NCBI GenBank assembly: GCA_905178155.1
Contig: CAJINV010000001.1
Location: 8,755,642-8,819,641 of the forward strand
DNA length: 64,000 nucleotides
Reading direction: 5' to 3'
From: Amoebophrya sp. A120
Taxonomy: Eukaryota > Protista > Dinoflagellata
Below the pieces are notes generated by a model, which was given only the letters and a program-made list of their open reading frames with translations, did no database searches and was not told the DNA's origin. Made by a program: the position numbers and the translations under genes. Each line of letters opens with the position of its first letter. The stretch's first letter is position 1. This document shows positions 60,521 to 64,000 of this stretch, piece by piece.

Positions 60521-61445
60521 AGATGATCATGGTGTGAACATCAGTGCAACTTGTGATCAAAGGAAATCCGTTCAGCCATTCGTCCGACAAGTGTCGACAC
60601 TAAGTAAATCTAGATTTTTTCTGTTGATGATGTTGAGGCGATCAGCCGACGGCTAAATTTTTCCTTTTTCCGGTGAAAGGAGAGGATCGATGAGGTTGAG
60701 GAACGGGATCATTGTCCCTCTGTCGATGTGAGTTTTTAAATGGCAGCACGCAAGCCGATTCGTGTGTGCGTGTGGGTTTGCTCGCTGGTGGTGTTGACTC
60801 TTGTGTTCGTAGGATTTCGTGTGCGTTGATGTTCGGCATGCATATCCTCGATGGAATGAGATGAATACTGGAAAAGTAGAACTACTTACAATATTCTGGT
60901 GCAAACGCAAACGGGGACAAGAAAATGCAAAATCGATTTATCGACGTAGGGTTCATCAGTCGGTTGATAGTGCAAGAGCTCGCGCTTTCATGCTAGCTTG
61001 GGGCACGAATTTTGGGGAGTCCGAGGCAGGGGCATGAGAGGCTCTTTCGACGAGAGCCTAACTTGTAGAAACAAATCGGCAAAAGTCGTATCACTTAGTT
61101 GATCATAGATCTTCATCTTCTCTCCACCACACTTGTTCGTTCCTCATCCTCGTATGTCGTCAAATTTTACGTATGAAAGCGCGAATGGTACTACACCCTC
61201 TCTCTTTTGGATCTTACGATTGATTTGAAAAGAGTGCCATTAAAGCTCCGTGATGGAATCGGTCCTGGTTCTATCGTTTCTACTTGTTGCTCCTTCGCGT
61301 GTGATAAACAAACACAGCTCGTCAACGGGAATTGAGACCTTATTTCGTAGAGGTTGTGGGTTAGTCAGAAACCGAATCGGAAATCAAATTCAGCATTGAA
61401 ACGTCGCTATTGTTTCTCGAAAAACCAGCAAATCGAAGCAAGAAA

Positions 61446-63024
61446 ATGGTGTGTTGCACAGGAGCGCCGAAAACGAAGGAAACGGTCGAGGCGCCGGTCG
61501 AGGCCCCGGCCCCCGTCGTCGAGGAGACCAAGGCTACTGTAGAAATATTGACAGCTTTTACTCAAAGCTTTAGTTAAGCTGTAGGTGCACTACAATGATC
61601 CCTGTTGTTTTCCTCTTGGTTTTGCCTCATCAAGTTTGAAAAGAAAGCTCCTCGGCATTAGCATGCCGCTTGCCACGTGTGGCGTGTGAACACATTTTTC
61701 GTGCGTTTTGCTTTGCGATTGCGACATGATTAGCGCTTTTATGATTTGAACTTCTGACATGAAATGCAATTTAATTTGGCAGCGCGCGCCCCCGAGCCCG
61801 ACGTGAGCCCGATGCGCTGATGTTGAATAACCCGCCTGGTACGTGTAGCGTGAACACGCAGCGCCCGCGAAGGCGATGATGCGACGCGGACGCGCGGTGG
61901 GCCGAGAAGCAGCGCCCGGTGGTGGGAAAAGCATTTGGCTGATGTTGCTCCTTTTCAGGTGCAAGTGGAGTACTTCTTATTTGCAAAAAATAAGAAGTAG
62001 AAGTTGATTTTGGAGGAGGTGCTTGCTGGTGGTGACTCCTTGCTGGTGATGTTGATGCTGCAAAAGATTTCTTAGAAATCCAAATCTTTCTTGGATCAAG
62101 ATCTACAATGTGGATGTGCATGTTGTGAAAAAATATGCGTCCTCCCTGACGCTGCCGCGATTCTGCAGGTTGACGTGCCACTAGGGTCGTGGAGGTCGAG
62201 GTTGCACTTCTGCTTCGAAATAAATAAATAATCCGTGCATCGACCACAGGAGCCCGTGGCTGCTCCGAAGCCCGAATGTGTGGTGATGTGCGTCCCGGTG
62301 GATGAGGTGCCGACGAAGGTGATGGGGGCGGAGGGCGATCCGCAGGCGAAGGTGTGGCTCAACAAGCTGGACGGCGGTCGCCAAACCATGCGCATCGAGA
62401 TTGAGCCGGGGTACCACTTGATGATGATTTTAAGGACGACGCAGGAGGAGATCCTGCACGTTGATTTCGCGTTTTTCTTCTTGTAGTTTCTGTACGTGTT
62501 TTTTCTTTGGATATTAACATATATCTCAGTGTAGCATGGTGAAAGCATGATGCCAAAGTACCTAGTGACCAATAAAACTTCTTAAACTTCAAAAGCTTTG
62601 ATTGGTTGAAATCCGTCTCTCCGCACCTTCCGAATTGTCCGGCCTGGTGCCCGGCGACGCACTTTGGCGTGCTGGAGTCCGGCAAAATGCAGATTAAGAT
62701 GGAGGATGGCTCTGAGTTTACCATCAACGCCGGGGACACCTACTTCGTCCCCCCGAATCACCTGCCGGTCGTCGAGGAGAAGACGGTCATGATCGAGTTT
62801 ACGCAGGATACCACGTACTTACTTATTCGCGCTACTAGCAGCTTTCTTTGCGTTGTCCACCTGTTTGCTACGGCGCACTATCATGATTTTCGTGATCCTG
62901 CTTCAAATTCAGATTCAGTGTGAAGAATGCCCATTGTCCGCTTTTCTTTCAAGAAAGTAGAGATAAAATAGTTCACCCTATTACTCACAGGTACACCAAC
63001 GATAAATTCATCAAGTCTTCGTGA
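61446..63024 (+). CDS. Cupin-domain protein, paralogue 3 (N-terminal CC)
   Basis: MVCCTG...; exons resume at 62250, 62596 and 62991; WCPATHFGVLESGKMQIKMEDG...AGDTYFVPPNH...QDTTYTNDKFIKSS*. Confidence 0.8.
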
Positions 63025-63771
63025 TGAAGCGGACACCGGTGCTGGTGGTACTCTGGCAGAATCCTATTGCGGGAGGTGATGATGAGGCGGGGATAAGAGT
63101 CTGAGGACGACAAGAAATAATCGCAGTAAGAAGAAGCAGAGGACGACGAGGACGAGCTTTTGAATGATATAAATATGGAGATGTGATAGCTGCTGCAAGT
63201 AAAGTTGAACAGAATATGAACCGCTTGTATGATCGATGTCTCGAATCTCGGTTACTTCGAATGTTTTCCAGCAAATTAGAAACACGACACACCAACCAAG
63301 AGCAAGAAAAAGCACACTCATGCCGACTAAAACCAAGGAGGTCTTCTAGGTTTTTTCAATCAACACTTGTTCCGCTGTCCATCAGAGTGCGCGGAAAGTT
63401 TTAACAGCAGCTAATCCTCATACTAATGCTCTGCTTTTCTTTTTTCTGTCCGTCACTTCTTACGCTCTTTTGTTTTCCACTTTTTTTTTACGGCCTTTTC
63501 TTTTAGTTGAGGGATCTTCACTGGGTGCGGGACTGAGTGCGGCATAGTGCACTATGACGAGACATGCGTTGAGTGATCAATTTTTTGGTATTGTTATTTC
63601 TGACCCTGATCAACAATAGAATTACAAACCAATTGTACGAGAGAAAAGCAAAAGGACTGCGAAAAGCAAAACTGTACGACTCGGATGTGCCGCTTAGAGG
63701 GCCACTGATTCACGATGTCGTGGTTGTTGGTGCTGGGCAAATCATCTCCATCTGAGGCGAGGAATAAAAAC

Positions 63772-64000
63772 ATGAAGGCATCTTGGTCCAGTATGCTGCG
63801 CGTTTCTGTGCCGTTTCTGCTTTCTTTATGCTTCGTGTTTCTGGGAGATTATGCGGGTGCGGCCACAGCGACCCCGATCGCTGAAGGAGATAGAAGTGGT
63901 GAGGATCAGATAGTGCAAATAGAAACGGCGGATGGAACTGGAACAGAACAAGAACACCATCACGAATTTTGGGACCCAGGCGGAGAACTCGTCATGCGAG
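63772..64000 (+). CDS. Start of a signal-peptide-bearing protein, truncated by the window end
   Basis: MKASWSSMLRVSVPFLLSLCFVFLGDYAGAATA..., open to the end of the window. Confidence 0.5.
   Translation, partial: MKASWSSMLRVSVPFLLSLCFVFLGDYAGAATATPIAEGDRSGEDQIVQIETADGTGTEQEHHHEFWDPGGELVMR

Overview
This is eukaryotic, intron-rich, gene-dense DNA, and every gene I can support lies on the + strand. Gene content and intron style point to a syndinian dinoflagellate parasite such as Amoebophrya (inference from sequence features only). Genes: Cdh1/FZR1; a ~2,095-aa secreted low-complexity protein with a C-terminal PAN/Apple-like module; a coiled-coil protein; three tandem alpha-kinase + ParB/Srx-like fusion genes with a phosphonatase-like HAD hydrolase among them; a divergent cytochrome c; a probable pseudo-kinesin; a peroxisomal enoyl-CoA isomerase; three cupin paralogues; SF3B4; an MpaB/DUF2236 oxygenase; and several intronless orphans inside local duplications. 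The dominant signal is ten 150-305 bp TIR elements from six sequence families, inserted in exons. Each has TAT...ATA termini and a 5-bp target-site duplication (TSD), and removing the element plus one TSD restores the frame every time, so they appear to be introner-type, mostly non-GT-AG introns. Introners are already reported in Amoebophrya. The rules visible here may go beyond that: paralogues with empty sites, one copy in reversed orientation, all ten TSDs ending in a purine (giving an R|TAT 5' end), and a shared internal GCATNACA motif across unrelated families. Exon models were built by hand and lack transcript support.
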